A stretch of 63,990 nt of DNA, filler included. It is 9 parts of 9 records of this genome, joined end to end, with 100 filler letters (N's around TTAATTAATTAA, not from the genome) between each part and the next. Parts side by side here need not be neighbours in the genome. Positions count along the whole stretch, not along the records: positions 9,273 to 14,343 come from SRR31147125_59085; positions 14,444 to 20,992 come from SRR31147125_59093; 7 more parts are not named here. One strand, written 5' to 3'. Below the pieces are notes generated by a model. It saw only the letters and a program-made list of their open reading frames with translations, was not told where the DNA came from and did not search any database. Below, one piece after another: positions 9,273 through 20,886 of this stretch; position 1 is the stretch's first letter; each line of letters begins with the position of its first letter. Made by a program: the position numbers and the translations under genes.

Positions 9273-10441
9273 TGGTTAAATGCCTCAAGATCGAATGTGA
9301 GCGAAAACCTCAAGGTGTTTTCAAGTGGGTGATTACGTTCTGTAGGTACCAAGTATGAAAAATCGAGTGCAAAAACATTCAGTTTCAAACCTGCACCAGC
9401 AGTTAAAAATTTACGATTCCCTTTATTTTCATGCTCATAAAAATATCCGGCACGCAAAGCAAACTGTTCATTATACATATACTCAACACCTAGCGATGCT
9501 GTAATTTCCTGAAGTTCTTCTTTGAATCCTCCAGGAGCATCTCCAAAGGAACTGAACATACCGGCTATAACTGACTTATCACTACTAAATCCACTTCCAC
9601 CAACAACATTTCCACTTCCAGCACCAGTCAAATCAAGCGAATTAGGGGTTGGAACTAATAATTTATTTATATCGGCATAAAATGCAATGGTATTGTATTT
9701 ATCCATTTCGGTTTGATAACCTAAACCCAAACGTAGGTTCGTTGGAATAAAGTCTTTCGTAGCTCCTTCGTTATAAGATATTTTAGCACCAATATTGGAG
9801 ATATTAATTCCTGCAGAAAATACAGATTCTTTTCGGTTTGCACGAAATTCATTTCTATAATAGAATGAGATATCTGCTGCATACGAATTTCCTGGATAGG
9901 ATTCAGTTCCATCTCCAGTAAAACCAGCCGTTAAATCAGATCGAATAAAACGCAAAGCAACACTACCTGAAAAATTATCAGACAATAATCTGGTATAAGC
10001 CACATCAAAAGCAAATTCATTCGGATTTTTTGTAGCTAACTGTTGCCCAAGCTCACTCATAAAAATGATATCTCCCAAGGAAAAATACCTCAATGAGCCA
10101 CTTACTGTTTGAACATCATCAATCTTCTTATAACCGACCAAATAGGCTAAATTAATATCATCAACCAAATTCCGAAGCCATGGAGTATACGATAAACCAA
10201 CCCCCATTTCACTTTCAATAAAAGCATATTTTGATGGATTCCAGTGCTGTGAGTGAATGTCAGCAGATGTAGCTACACCAACATCTCCCATTGCACCACC
10301 CCTAGAGTCGGGAGCTATTGTTAAAAAAGGCACTCCTGTTGCAATTGTATTGGCACCAGTTGTTGTTGACTGTGCCATTGATTCTTTATTAATCGTTCCC
10401 AGTAAAATAATAGCTGCAATAATCGCCAGTAATCTTTTCAT
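9273..10441 (-). CDS. porV: Type IX secretion outer-membrane shuttle PorV
   Basis: VPFLTIAPDSRGGAMGD, WNPSKYAF, SYTPWL, GYFYEHENKGNRKFLT and NHPLENTLRFSL; directly downstream of porU. Confidence 0.92.
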
Positions 10442-10466
10442 CTTAATCTTTTCAAAAATTGAGTTG

Positions 10467-10474
10467 CAAATATA
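10467..10474 (-). promoter_or_regulatory. Bacteroidota -7 promoter box for porV
   Basis: Minus strand TATATTTG matches TAnnTTTG, about 26 nt upstream of the porV start. Confidence 0.55.
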
Positions 10475-10554
10475 AATGAATGTTTCGAGTTCTCAATTTG
10501 AAAACTCAAAATTGAAAACGTGAAATAGCTGCAAAAAGTATATCTTTCTTTAAA

Positions 10555-13500
10555 TTAATATTTAGTTATAACCATTTTACTGCTTTTGTTAGCAGAAGAC
10601 CCATCATTTGCAACAATTGTAACACGAAATATATAAGTTCCTTGTCGAATTAACATCGAGCTTTCGTTTACCTTCCAAAGAATAGGAAAACTTTCATTTC
10701 CATTTGACCCCTGACTTTGAGATATGACATCTATCAAACCACCAGTAAGATCATATATTTCAATATTCGTATCAAAAGTTTCGTCCGGGCGATTGTGTTC
10801 AAAAATAAAGTTTGTCAAATCACTCACAGGGTTTGGATAACAATATACCTTATGAATTTCAAGATTTGATGTTACATTAAAGGTTATTACATATTCTGAC
10901 GAATTATTTAGCACATCCCAAACTTTAAACCGAAGTGTATGTTCACCCACGCTCAAATTTTGCAATGGATAAATAACCTTCCCATTTGTATAGCTATCTT
11001 TTTCTGCCAAATAAAAATCATTCAGAACAATTATATTGCTATAGTCATCATCTAAAACAGCAGTAATATCATGTCCTATTCCAGTCCCAACCGTATTGAT
11101 GCCATGCTCATCTTCAATTTCTGCAATCAGAATTGATGTTTTGCCAACTTCATCACCATTGTTAAAGTCTTTATCATCTAAATACAGATTAACATCAGGT
11201 CCTTCATTATCGTCTAGTACAATTCCAGAAGACCCCCCAATGTTAAAATCATTGCTGTATCCCTGAGCATCTATTTCGCCATTATCTGCATAATAAATAA
11301 TTTTTCCTGAAGCAACAGAGTACGATATGTCTTTGGGTACGATGAATGTAAATTCAAAGTTTCCATTTGTCACTGATGAAATCCCTTTGTAAATGATATT
11401 GTTCTGTACTTTAAAGGTCATTGGACTCTCTCCGCCATTGCCAATAGTCTGAACCGTATCAACCTTATCATAAACAACGGGGATCAACTCTCCATTAAAA
11501 TCATACAATGTATTCCCCAGATGATCTGCAACCCGGCCTCCAATTGTAACAGTTGAAAGAGCTGAGATCGTTTCTGTTTGTTCGCCTACAGGCTTCCCAT
11601 TAATCGTTTCTGTTAGAACCTGATATTTTGGATAAGAAAGTTTAAGTGCCGGATCTGCTAGCAAGGTGAAGTTTCGTTTGTTTGTTCCAGTGTCAACTCC
11701 ATTTTTTGAACGTCTCATTATTTCACCCATTCGCAGATTTTCACCATTTTCATCAAAACTGAAAACATGCTCGTAAAACTCTTTATTTAAAACAAAATTT
11801 GGATTTGAGTAAACCAATCTGGTTGTGCTGAACAATCCAATTCCGCCACCATTTCTATTGAAAAGTATATGTTCACCTCCCGAATTCTCCTCCTCTAAGT
11901 CAAACCGACTTATTTCGCAAGTTGCAGTAACAAAAACAGGTAGTTTATTATAATTCGACCAACCATCAATATCATTCAGGGTTAACACTTTTTCATGTGC
12001 AAGAGCTGTTTCATTAGCATGTCCTGTATAATTCAATATTAACGCCCCATTCTTTACTCTATTATTTATTGCCACATTAACATCAGGATAGCTTTCTCCT
12101 CCAGAACCACTTTCTTCAAGATAAGCATCAAAGTATATTTTATCTGTAAGAACTGATGGATTATATTCATTAACACGATTTGCCATACTTTCTGCTTGTA
12201 CCATATGAATATTATAATCTTCATCATCACCTATAAAACACACAACATTCCTCCAATCACCAAGCGAAACCGTATCAACGTAATTTTTTATCTTACTCAC
12301 AACTATTTGCGCCTGTTCTGCGGTATTTGAAGGAATTCGACCAATTCCAAGATCGATTAATCCGGAAAATTCACCTTCGCCTGAATCCATCAATGCAAAA
12401 AAATCATCTGTTACAAAAGACGATGTAGGCAACAATGAATTGGCCGATTGATAAGTGGGAATGAAATTGTGCCCGTATCCCAACACATCCTTATTATCAT
12501 AGCTTCCATCTCCGAAAAGTAAAACATACTTAAATTGTCCGTTTCCACGATCATAGCACATTCTAAGAAAGTTCCGAATACCAGCAACATCAGGTAATCC
12601 ACTTGAAAATTCATTGTAAATTAAATCAGGGGTAATTACCTGAACTGACATTCCATCTTGCTCCAGATGAAATTGCTTTAGTTCATTTGCTTCATTAATA
12701 AAATCAGGATGAGTAATTATAATCATTTCAGCCAAATCTAAAGCATGTAGGTTTTGAGATCCCACACTTCCAACAAACTCAGGTGCAGGAAAATCTCCAT
12801 TTGGATAAAATGCAACAAACTCTTTAATCTCAGACGCTGAGGCTCTAAAAGCTGCAACTCCTCCTTCTACATTCTTCACTACAGCTTTTGGATTTATATA
12901 ATCTGTAATATCCCAAATCTGTACATCTCCTAGATTAACAGTGAGTTGAAAATTTGCAATATTTCCATCACCATAACTGCTTACATCCCTGAAAAATAAT
13001 TGATCATTGCTCAATGATAGATCATGAATGTAGTTAACCAGTATATAATCTAACCAGGCATTGGACGAACTATTTGAACTTTGATACGATATTCTTATAT
13101 CAAAACTTGCTTCTGGGTTGTCAATGGTATACAACTCATGATTTAATGACGCATACAGAGACTCTGGGCTACTTGTATTTACTGACTGAAATGCAATATC
13201 ATCGACGCTACTATCGCCAATTGAAATATCGAACGAAGAAGAACTTGAGGAACGGCCAGCACCTTCAACCCAAACTCGCAAAGGACTACCGGAAGATAAA
13301 TCTACCAGTGAAAATGGATATACTTTAGATGAAGAACGATTAAACTCATCACCAAACCAACGACGTCCAGATTTAATTAAATTATTCTTCTCTTCTTCAA
13401 AAAGAACAAAGTCATTAAATTTAGTAACGGTATGAGTTATCGTTCCGTTTTCTTCAGGTAAAGTTTCAATATCCTTTAAACTACCTACATCAGACAAATA

Positions 13501-14274
13501 GTAAAAAGCTTCATCAGAATAATCGTTTTGTTCATGCTTGAAAATTTCTTCAGATGAATCCCAAGTCCATTGAATTGTTCCAGTTGAATAGAAATAGATA
13601 CTACTCGAATTATGCCAAACTGAATTTTGCTGTAAATCATCGTAATAAAAATCATCATTCATTTTTGGAAGCATATAGCCCCCATTGCCATATAGATTCA
13701 CATTAGCCGGGTTCGAAAATCCCCACGAACTAAGTTGATTGTAAGTAATTTTATAAATCCCCCGATCACTGGTTTTTATTTTAACCCAGTTTCCACTAGC
13801 CAATACAGATGATGGTTTCCAATCTGTTACAGCCTTAGCTGCATTTGACTTTGTTGCCTTACTTTTCAATATCTTAATGTCAAAAGAAACTAATTTCTTT
13901 AACTGACCATTCTCAAGAACAAGAGGGACAAATTCAAGCAAAGCAACATAATTGGAATAAGACTGGATGTATTTGGGTTTAATTTTGAGTTCAAATGGAA
14001 TTTTTTTAGAAGTTCTCGTATTAACTTCTTTATCAAGATCTTCAAAAATAAAATTATCAAACTCAATTCTGTCTCCTTTATTTATTGTTATTGTCTCATA
14101 ATATACGGGCAAGCTAAATTCATTAATGAAAGCCCCATCAAAATTAGCTAAAGGACCAGCAAACTCAACATCCTCATCTTTATCCCAGTGAATATTTCGT
14201 TGAAAATCTTTACCATAAAGACCTGAACAAAAAGACACAATAACTAACAGAAGTATATATTTATTCATCGGCAT
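10555..14274 (-). CDS. porU: Type IX secretion sortase PorU (peptidase C25)
   Basis: SVLASGNWVK, LLFGDGSYD, catalytic His (YTGH) and Cys (TATCE), and a C-terminal CTD (YPNP...GTYIFRV...KMVI). Confidence 0.93.
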   Translation of the reverse strand: MPMNKYILLLVIVSFCSGLYGKDFQRNIHWDKDEDVEFAGPLANFDGAFINEFSLPVYYETITINKGDRIEFDNFIFEDLDKEVNTRTSKKIPFELKIKPKYIQSYSNYVALLEFVPLVLENGQLKKLVSFDIKILKSKATKSNAAKAVTDWKPSSVLASGNWVKIKTSDRGIYKITYNQLSSWGFSNPANVNLYGNGGYMLPKMNDDFYYDDLQQNSVWHNSSSIYFYSTGTIQWTWDSSEEIFKHEQNDYSDEAFYYLSDVGSLKDIETLPEENGTITHTVTKFNDFVLFEEEKNNLIKSGRRWFGDEFNRSSSKVYPFSLVDLSSGSPLRVWVEGAGRSSSSSSFDISIGDSSVDDIAFQSVNTSSPESLYASLNHELYTIDNPEASFDIRISYQSSNSSSNAWLDYILVNYIHDLSLSNDQLFFRDVSSYGDGNIANFQLTVNLGDVQIWDITDYINPKAVVKNVEGGVAAFRASASEIKEFVAFYPNGDFPAPEFVGSVGSQNLHALDLAEMIIITHPDFINEANELKQFHLEQDGMSVQVITPDLIYNEFSSGLPDVAGIRNFLRMCYDRGNGQFKYVLLFGDGSYDNKDVLGYGHNFIPTYQSANSLLPTSSFVTDDFFALMDSGEGEFSGLIDLGIGRIPSNTAEQAQIVVSKIKNYVDTVSLGDWRNVVCFIGDDEDYNIHMVQAESMANRVNEYNPSVLTDKIYFDAYLEESGSGGESYPDVNVAINNRVKNGALILNYTGHANETALAHEKVLTLNDIDGWSNYNKLPVFVTATCEISRFDLEEENSGGEHILFNRNGGGIGLFSTTRLVYSNPNFVLNKEFYEHVFSFDENGENLRMGEIMRRSKNGVDTGTNKRNFTLLADPALKLSYPKYQVLTETINGKPVGEQTETISALSTVTIGGRVADHLGNTLYDFNGELIPVVYDKVDTVQTIGNGGESPMTFKVQNNIIYKGISSVTNGNFEFTFIVPKDISYSVASGKIIYYADNGEIDAQGYSNDFNIGGSSGIVLDDNEGPDVNLYLDDKDFNNGDEVGKTSILIAEIEDEHGINTVGTGIGHDITAVLDDDYSNIIVLNDFYLAEKDSYTNGKVIYPLQNLSVGEHTLRFKVWDVLNNSSEYVITFNVTSNLEIHKVYCYPNPVSDLTNFIFEHNRPDETFDTNIEIYDLTGGLIDVISQSQGSNGNESFPILWKVNESSMLIRQGTYIFRVTIVANDGSSANKSSKMVITKY

Positions 14275-14443
14275 AATTCGTCAATACAAAAATGAAACGA
14301 AACTAGAATTACAATATTGTAAACAAATTAAAGTTAAATAAAANNNNNNNNNNNNNNNNNNNNNNNNNNNNNNNNNNNNNNNNNNNNTTAATTAATTAAN
14401 NNNNNNNNNNNNNNNNNNNNNNNNNNNNNNNNNNNNNNNNNNN

Positions 14444-15069
14444 GGCAGGAAGGTGATGATTTTAGCGTAACAACAGATAATGTTAACCCGGGCGATATCA
14501 AATACAGGGATATTAACGAAGATGGAACGATAAACGGTGATGATCGTACAATTATTGGTGATCCAATCCCAGATTTGACATGGGGATTCACAAGTAATCT
14601 TCAAGTAAAAAATTTCACCCTTGATGTTGTTATGCAAGGTGTTAAGGGAGTAGACAGGCTTAATGCTAATTTGGCAAATTCGCTTTTCCCAAATAACTTC
14701 AGACAAAATAGAATTGCTGAGCCAATCTTAAACAGATGGACTCCTGAAAATCCATCCAATGAATACCCTTCATTTGTGAATCCATTGGCACAAGGTGGAG
14801 TAAATTCTCTTGTAAGCACCTTAACTGTAGAAGATGCCTCATATATAAGATTACAATCAGTAAGGCTTGGGTACAACGTACCAGTAGAGAAAATTGGCGT
14901 GTTTAATAAACTATCACTTTATTTTACAGCTCAAAACCTGTTTACTATTACTGATTATCAAGGTACTGATCCGGCAGCAAATGCCAGTGGAAGTAACTCT
15001 ACAGCCATTGATTTTAACGCCTATCCCCTGCCACGAACATTTTTGGTAGGTTTAAATGTGGAATTTTAA
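14444..15069 (+). CDS. SusC/RagA TonB-dependent transporter, C-terminal part
   Basis: PGDIKYRDINEDGTINGDD, VEDASYIRLQSVRLGY and a YPLPRTFLVGLNVEF terminus. Confidence 0.93.
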
Positions 15070-15088
15070 TTATTAAAACTTAGCTAAG

Positions 15089-16579
15089 ATGAAAAATAGA
15101 ATATTCAAACATATATTTGGACTATTGCTTTTAATGATGGCAATAGTTTCATGCGAAGAAAACCTCGATTTATCTCCTGTAGATCAATTTGCACCTGAAA
15201 ACGCATTGCAGTCTGAAGACGGGATTGAAGCGTTATTATTTTCTGCTTACAATGAATATAGATTGGGCTCTGCTGTTAGAACAGAAATATTGATAAACGA
15301 AGTAACAACAGATGTTGGTCTTGTGAGAATTGGTGCTGTGGAGAGAGAAATGAAACCGTTTATCGATTTTAACTGGGATGCATCAACCAATCATATTGAT
15401 GGTTTATTCTGGGCTCCCCGTTACCGATCGATACGAAATGCAAATACTTTATTGGATAATATTGATAACTCGGATGTAGATGCTGATTTTAAAAAGATGG
15501 TTGTTGCCGAAGCTCGTTATATTAGAGCCTTTGCATATGCTTATATGTACAAATATTTTGGTCCGGTACCATTAAGGACAACAACTGACTTAACTGTTGA
15601 GCCCAAAGAACTGGGATTACCAACAGAAGACGAGTTTCAATCGTTTGTTGAGAGTGAATTGGAAGCGGCTGCTGAAGATTTATTGCATCCATCCGATCAA
15701 ACGATGGTTACCAGGGCAACAAAAGGCCATGCATATGCGGCATTAACAAAATTCTTCATGAATACAAAGCAATGGAGTAAAGTACTGGAAGCTACTCAAT
15801 CAGTAATGGATCTTAATTATTACAAGTTATTCCCTGAATACAGGCCAGCTTTCTTTATTGAGAACGAACCTCAGAACAATGCTGAAAACAAAGAAATGAT
15901 TGTTTCTTTTTCCCTGACAAACGAGGGTGGTTATAACAACGACTATCAAAATGGTGCATTCCCTCCGGGCTTCAGGAGATCGGATAACATTCCTGAATTT
16001 GAATGGATACCGGGTATGGCCAACTGGGCAACACAATTTAGTATGCGTGATGGTTTTGTTGATTCATTTGATACGCTTGATGCAAGGAAACAAACAATAA
16101 TAGAAGATTATTACAACGCAAATGGTGATTTGGTAGAATTAAGGGCAGCTAATACTGACAACAGTCGAAGCATTAAGTTTTTTGATAATGAACAGACAGG
16201 TAATTCAAGCGGAGCAGATGTACCTTATATCCGTTATGCCGATATACTGCTTTGCAGAGCGGAGGCATTGAATGAAATTAACGGCCCAACACAGGAAGCC
16301 TTAGATTTGATAAATGAAGTTCGCGAAAGAGCCGGAGTTGATGTTTATTTATTATCTGATGTAGGAACGAAAGATTCATTTAGAGATTTGATACTGAATG
16401 AGCGTGCATGGGAATTTTTCTCGGAAGGGAAGCGCAGGGAAGATTTAATCCGTCATGGTAAATTCCTTGAATATGCACAAGACAGAGGTTTAACAACCTC
16501 TGATAAACAAGTGTTTTTCCCATACCCGCAAACTGAAGTTGATGCCAATCCGGCACTTGATCAAAGAGATGGTTATTAG
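15089..16579 (+). CDS. SusD/RagB nutrient-binding lipoprotein
   Basis: Lipobox IVSC; EARYIRAFAY, IRYADILLCRAEA and ERAWEFFSEGKRREDLIR motifs. Confidence 0.95.
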   Translation: MKNRIFKHIFGLLLLMMAIVSCEENLDLSPVDQFAPENALQSEDGIEALLFSAYNEYRLGSAVRTEILINEVTTDVGLVRIGAVEREMKPFIDFNWDASTNHIDGLFWAPRYRSIRNANTLLDNIDNSDVDADFKKMVVAEARYIRAFAYAYMYKYFGPVPLRTTTDLTVEPKELGLPTEDEFQSFVESELEAAAEDLLHPSDQTMVTRATKGHAYAALTKFFMNTKQWSKVLEATQSVMDLNYYKLFPEYRPAFFIENEPQNNAENKEMIVSFSLTNEGGYNNDYQNGAFPPGFRRSDNIPEFEWIPGMANWATQFSMRDGFVDSFDTLDARKQTIIEDYYNANGDLVELRAANTDNSRSIKFFDNEQTGNSSGADVPYIRYADILLCRAEALNEINGPTQEALDLINEVRERAGVDVYLLSDVGTKDSFRDLILNERAWEFFSEGKRREDLIRHGKFLEYAQDRGLTTSDKQVFFPYPQTEVDANPALDQRDGY

Positions 16580-16610
16580 ATTAGTTAGTAGTATATAGTT
16601 AGTTAGATTT

Positions 16611-16649
16611 AAGGGTTGCATGTTATAATTTATGCAACCCTATTTTTTT
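16611..16649 (+). terminator. Intrinsic terminator
   Basis: AGGGTTGCAT...ATGCAACCCT followed by a T7 tract. Confidence 0.8.
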
Positions 16650-16697
16650 GACAATAAATAACTACTTACAGGATAGTCTATACAAACCTTGAAAACA

Positions 16698-19600
16698 TTA
16701 GCTCCAACTACATAATTTGTTAACATAATCGGCAGAACCATCACGTAACCAGCCATCTAACTGGTGTACTTCTTTTAATTGCTGTCCTCTAAAACGACTT
16801 ACAACCAAATAATTGCAATTTAATTCAGAAAGAGCTGTCATATCTCCCCATAGCTTTTCAAATTGCATTACAGGATATATATCTTCTTGACCTTTGCCCC
16901 AGCGTTTTTTTACATCTTTTAAGGTTATGTATGTTGGCATCCGTTTCGACATTTCACGAACGGCTTTCTTAACAATCTCTAAATTTGATAATTCTTCTTT
17001 TGTTAGTTTAAAAACTTCAAGTAGTTTATCAACATCAATCCACGAACTATTTGTATTGTAATATGTTAAACCAAACTCAATTTTATCATCGGGCAATGCT
17101 AAACCTTCAATTAACCTTACTCTCCCATCAATTTTTGCTAAGCCTCCTCCTCTATCGTCGAGTTTTCTGGTAATTACTTCAAAAGTTAATGCAGCTTCGC
17201 TTTTAATGTGATGGCCAAGTATAGCTGGATCAATATTAGCACCCAGTGTGTCAATGTTTTGAATAAACAAATACTTCAAATTCGGATATTGTTGCAGTAA
17301 ATTATTCAAAGTTCCGTTTAACAGCATATTGGGTATTTCGTACCAATGCCCTACGGGGTGAATACATTGATGTGGCAGGTTATCAATATAGTCTTCTCCT
17401 TCACCAGCATTTTTTGCCCAGTTGATTAATGCATTATGTAAACTTTCCTGTACTTTTTGCGCTTGCTCATCTAATAATTGCTGTGGCATTTCTTCCCACA
17501 TATACCGTAATTCACGTTCTGTCGGAATTAATCGCTGACCAACAATTCTTCCAGGAGATAGTTTTACTATATCATCAAAACCAAAATTATTTTTATGGCT
17601 TAGAAATTTATTTATTGCATCATGTGTAAGGTAGCTGGTTGTAAATACATGGGGCAATAAATTCGCACCAATTTTCTTAGCAACATACTTGTTTTTCGCC
17701 AAGTGCGTCTCTATAAAACTCCTGTGATGACCATCAAGTTTACAATAATGATGTAATGATTTAACAACACCTGCACCTTTTGTCCATCTGCTACCAACAC
17801 CACCGGCAAGGTTAACAATTGCCAATTCTCCATTTTTCAATGCATTAACCCCAACAGCATAATTTTCATCGGAATTAATATCATTGTAAAATGACACATC
17901 ATTTTCGTTAACATCCTCAATCTTAATATTTACCGGTAATCTATTATGAGAAAGCCCTATCCTACCAGTTTTTAAATCAGATTTAATTTGTTGGTGAAGT
18001 TCAATATCAAATCCAAATTCGGTTAATAATTGATTAAGGGTTTGACCGGATTCTGATTCATCCTGGGTACTTGGTAACATATTATCAATTAACCCCGATA
18101 CAAAATTTTCGTAACCAGCTTTGCAACGACTAACCACTCCTAATGTCTCAAGCTCCCTTCTTTGTGACGATGTAAGCGTACTTAGTTCTTTTTTAAGAAG
18201 TGCCGGAGTTAAAAATGTGTAATAATCTACAGGAAGAATTGCATCTATGCTCTCATACTTTTCGCAAGTTGTACCATTTTCATTAATTCTAAAATCGTAA
18301 ACAACTGGTTCCATAGCAAATGGTACGCTATGTTCAAGTATTTTTTTTGCTTCAGACATAATGGATTGCAATCTTTCTTGTGCTTTATCTTTATATTTCG
18401 GATTAAACATAAAGCCCATGCCACCACCAGACATTCCTCCCATCATCCAAAAACCCCAAAAATTATCCTGGAATTCTTCTTTAACTTTTCTAATAATTAA
18501 TTCTGTATAAACACTACTGGACCAAGGTATTATAGCTTGTATTGGTCCGTCAAAGTTTTTTTGTGTAAATGCCCCAATTGACTCAACATCGCCCAATTTA
18601 AGCTCTTCTACAACTTCATCGAAATATTTAATTGCTTGTTTTCTTGCATTCCATTCATTATCCGATCGTAGAAGATACTTTTCAGTAACCATTTCCAGAA
18701 TAGGCCCAACATCTTGCGCCAACCCACCATGTACAATTACCAAACTTTCCTGAAGCCGATTTCGAACACCTGTACTAACATCTTCTCGAGATAGTGTAGT
18801 ATGAATTGGCAATAACCTTCCTTTGCTGACACTGTATTCAGGATCTCCTTCTTTTGCTAAGACTCCATTAATGAGTTTTATTCCTGGCCATACTCCACCA
18901 GAATCCTGCCAGCCACCTCCGGAACCACCAATCCACTCGCCTAGAATTGCGCGTGCAGCCACCAACCTTCTTTCTTCTTCTTGTAATGTACCGGTAAGAG
19001 ATTGCGTTTGTCCCGTAGCCCGCATACATACAGAAATTAAAGATGCAAGAAGGTTTGTCGAAACAGCAAGCCGCGAACCTTTGGGGATATTATTTACCTG
19101 GCTTACGATTTCAATTCCTTTTTTCTCACCTACCAGTTTTTCAAGCAAATCAGATAGAGGCATACCCGACCCTTCCATACCTGCAGGAATTAGTCCGGAA
19201 GCAATTACTGCTGCTTTTAATAAACCGAGATAGTCTTTAGCGAAATCAAAAACATCATCTAATTTAGTAATTGAGGCAGTTGTTCTTAAATCAATACTAG
19301 TAAGCTTTAAGACAGGTTCGTCTATTATACGAAAGAAGGTATCAATAGGTGGTTTAGGTGTTTTAGCCCTTTTCGTTTTATGGATAGATAAATCAACAGA
19401 TATATTTAATACGTGTGCACCTTCCGGGTAATCCATCCCTAAAAAAAAGATATCACTCCAACCACTGTGGGTAATATCCATCCTTACTGGAGTAGATTCA
19501 TTTAATAACGGATAAAGTCCAGAACGATCTTCTTTTTTTAATAATTCCTTTTTTACTTTTAGTGGTTGATCCTGGGGATGACCTACCCTAAACATCCATT

Positions 19601-20027
19601 GATTTCCGAAGATTGAACGAACACTGTGTCGAACCTGATCTCCTAATATTTGAAATGCTAATTTATGGTACGCTTCTGCTAGTCCACTTGAAATACCTTC
19701 ATTAATTCCATGATTTTCTTGTACTTGAAGAAAAATATCGATAGCCTCTTCAAATCTTCTCTTCAACATATGTTCGTACGCCTCATAACGTATTAGGCTT
19801 TTAAAATTTACGCTATCTCTATATGGTAAATAAAATCGATGTATTGCATAAAGAAAAAACAATGCACGAACTTTATGATATAAATTATCACTGTCGCGCC
19901 TAAATCTATCTAAAGCATTACATTCTTGTAAAAGCACTTCTGTAGAAGAATTTACGCAAAAAGAATCTAACGATTTGTCTTTTATTTCAGGATTTTCTGA
20001 AGTAATAATTTCAATTAGCTTACTCAT
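16698..20027 (-). CDS. Fusion of a GHMP-family sugar kinase (N) and a UDPGP/USP-type UDP-sugar pyrophosphorylase (C)
   Basis: Kinase motifs PVRMD, IPKGSRLAVS, GGGWQD and GGMSGGG; pyrophosphorylase motifs LAGGVGSRW...K, HPVGH, NIDTLG and QFEK. Confidence 0.8.
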   Translation of the reverse strand: MSKLIEIITSENPEIKDKSLDSFCVNSSTEVLLQECNALDRFRRDSDNLYHKVRALFFLYAIHRFYLPYRDSVNFKSLIRYEAYEHMLKRRFEEAIDIFLQVQENHGINEGISSGLAEAYHKLAFQILGDQVRHSVRSIFGNQWMFRVGHPQDQPLKVKKELLKKEDRSGLYPLLNESTPVRMDITHSGWSDIFFLGMDYPEGAHVLNISVDLSIHKTKRAKTPKPPIDTFFRIIDEPVLKLTSIDLRTTASITKLDDVFDFAKDYLGLLKAAVIASGLIPAGMEGSGMPLSDLLEKLVGEKKGIEIVSQVNNIPKGSRLAVSTNLLASLISVCMRATGQTQSLTGTLQEEERRLVAARAILGEWIGGSGGGWQDSGGVWPGIKLINGVLAKEGDPEYSVSKGRLLPIHTTLSREDVSTGVRNRLQESLVIVHGGLAQDVGPILEMVTEKYLLRSDNEWNARKQAIKYFDEVVEELKLGDVESIGAFTQKNFDGPIQAIIPWSSSVYTELIIRKVKEEFQDNFWGFWMMGGMSGGGMGFMFNPKYKDKAQERLQSIMSEAKKILEHSVPFAMEPVVYDFRINENGTTCEKYESIDAILPVDYYTFLTPALLKKELSTLTSSQRRELETLGVVSRCKAGYENFVSGLIDNMLPSTQDESESGQTLNQLLTEFGFDIELHQQIKSDLKTGRIGLSHNRLPVNIKIEDVNENDVSFYNDINSDENYAVGVNALKNGELAIVNLAGGVGSRWTKGAGVVKSLHHYCKLDGHHRSFIETHLAKNKYVAKKIGANLLPHVFTTSYLTHDAINKFLSHKNNFGFDDIVKLSPGRIVGQRLIPTERELRYMWEEMPQQLLDEQAQKVQESLHNALINWAKNAGEGEDYIDNLPHQCIHPVGHWYEIPNMLLNGTLNNLLQQYPNLKYLFIQNIDTLGANIDPAILGHHIKSEAALTFEVITRKLDDRGGGLAKIDGRVRLIEGLALPDDKIEFGLTYYNTNSSWIDVDKLLEVFKLTKEELSNLEIVKKAVREMSKRMPTYITLKDVKKRWGKGQEDIYPVMQFEKLWGDMTALSELNCNYLVVSRFRGQQLKEVHQLDGWLRDGSADYVNKLCSWS

Positions 20028-20028
20028 A

Positions 20029-20886
20029 TTACCTCCCCCTATTTGCCAAATCTTTTATCATGAATAACTCAATAATTTCAGAAAGAACCTGATCCCTTTC
20101 TTTACCACTAAGTGCAATTGCAAGTTGAGCTTTTAGTAGACCATATTTATCGCCCATATCAAATCTTAGGTCATTTTTTTCAAGGGCTAAATACCTTTCT
20201 TTCTTGGCAAGTACATTCAAGGTATGACTAAGGTTTATCTTTTTATCGGGATTATTAATAATTTCATATTCCAGCAGGGAAATTACCGTTGGTGTAAATA
20301 CGTGCATTCCGAAGAAACATAAATAATGACCCGTGCGCAAACCCGGCACAATAAGTTTCTGTTCTGCAATAGTTGGTGTTGGTTTTTCAATTACCTGGGT
20401 TATTTGATAGGCTGAATTTACTTTTTGAAAACCTGTGCCTCCAACAACACCAAAATTAGAAATCAATGTTTCTCTGGTAGCTTGAACAGTTGAAACAGAA
20501 CACTCATACTTCTTAGTAAAATTAACCAGGTGTTTAGCACAAGGCATATCCTCTTTGTTAACATATAGATGGTCTCCAACCAGATGCAAGAAAGATTCAT
20601 TTGCAACGAAATTCTTGGCGCAATATAATGCATGACCATAGCCTAGTGGTTCTCTTTGATAAAAGAATGTTACATAATGTCCATGCTGTCCCAGAACCTG
20701 ACTGTATGTTTTTTCGTCTTCAGGGTGGATAATTATTCCAATTTCAGTTATTCCTGCGTTAACAACTTCTTCAATAAGGATTTCCAGAACGGTTTTTTTA
20801 ATTCCGTCTTTATCAATTAAAGTTTGTAAAGGTAATTTTCTCTGATCTGGTGCTGCAGCTGTTATTACTGCTTTTCTAATTATCAT
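20029..20886 (-). CDS. GalU-like sugar-phosphate nucleotidyltransferase with a degenerate N-terminal signature
   Basis: KAVITAA, QREPLGYGHA, VGDHL, IEKP and RFDMG; the usual GxGTRxxPxTxxxPK is absent. Confidence 0.8.
   Translation of the reverse strand: MIIRKAVITAAAPDQRKLPLQTLIDKDGIKKTVLEILIEEVVNAGITEIGIIIHPEDEKTYSQVLGQHGHYVTFFYQREPLGYGHALYCAKNFVANESFLHLVGDHLYVNKEDMPCAKHLVNFTKKYECSVSTVQATRETLISNFGVVGGTGFQKVNSAYQITQVIEKPTPTIAEQKLIVPGLRTGHYLCFFGMHVFTPTVISLLEYEIINNPDKKINLSHTLNVLAKKERYLALEKNDLRFDMGDKYGLLKAQLAIALSGKERDQVLSEIIELFMIKDLANRGR

Noticed and set aside
9273-14274. porU-porV pair as a novelty
   Set aside because: Standard, well-described type IX secretion attachment-complex locus.
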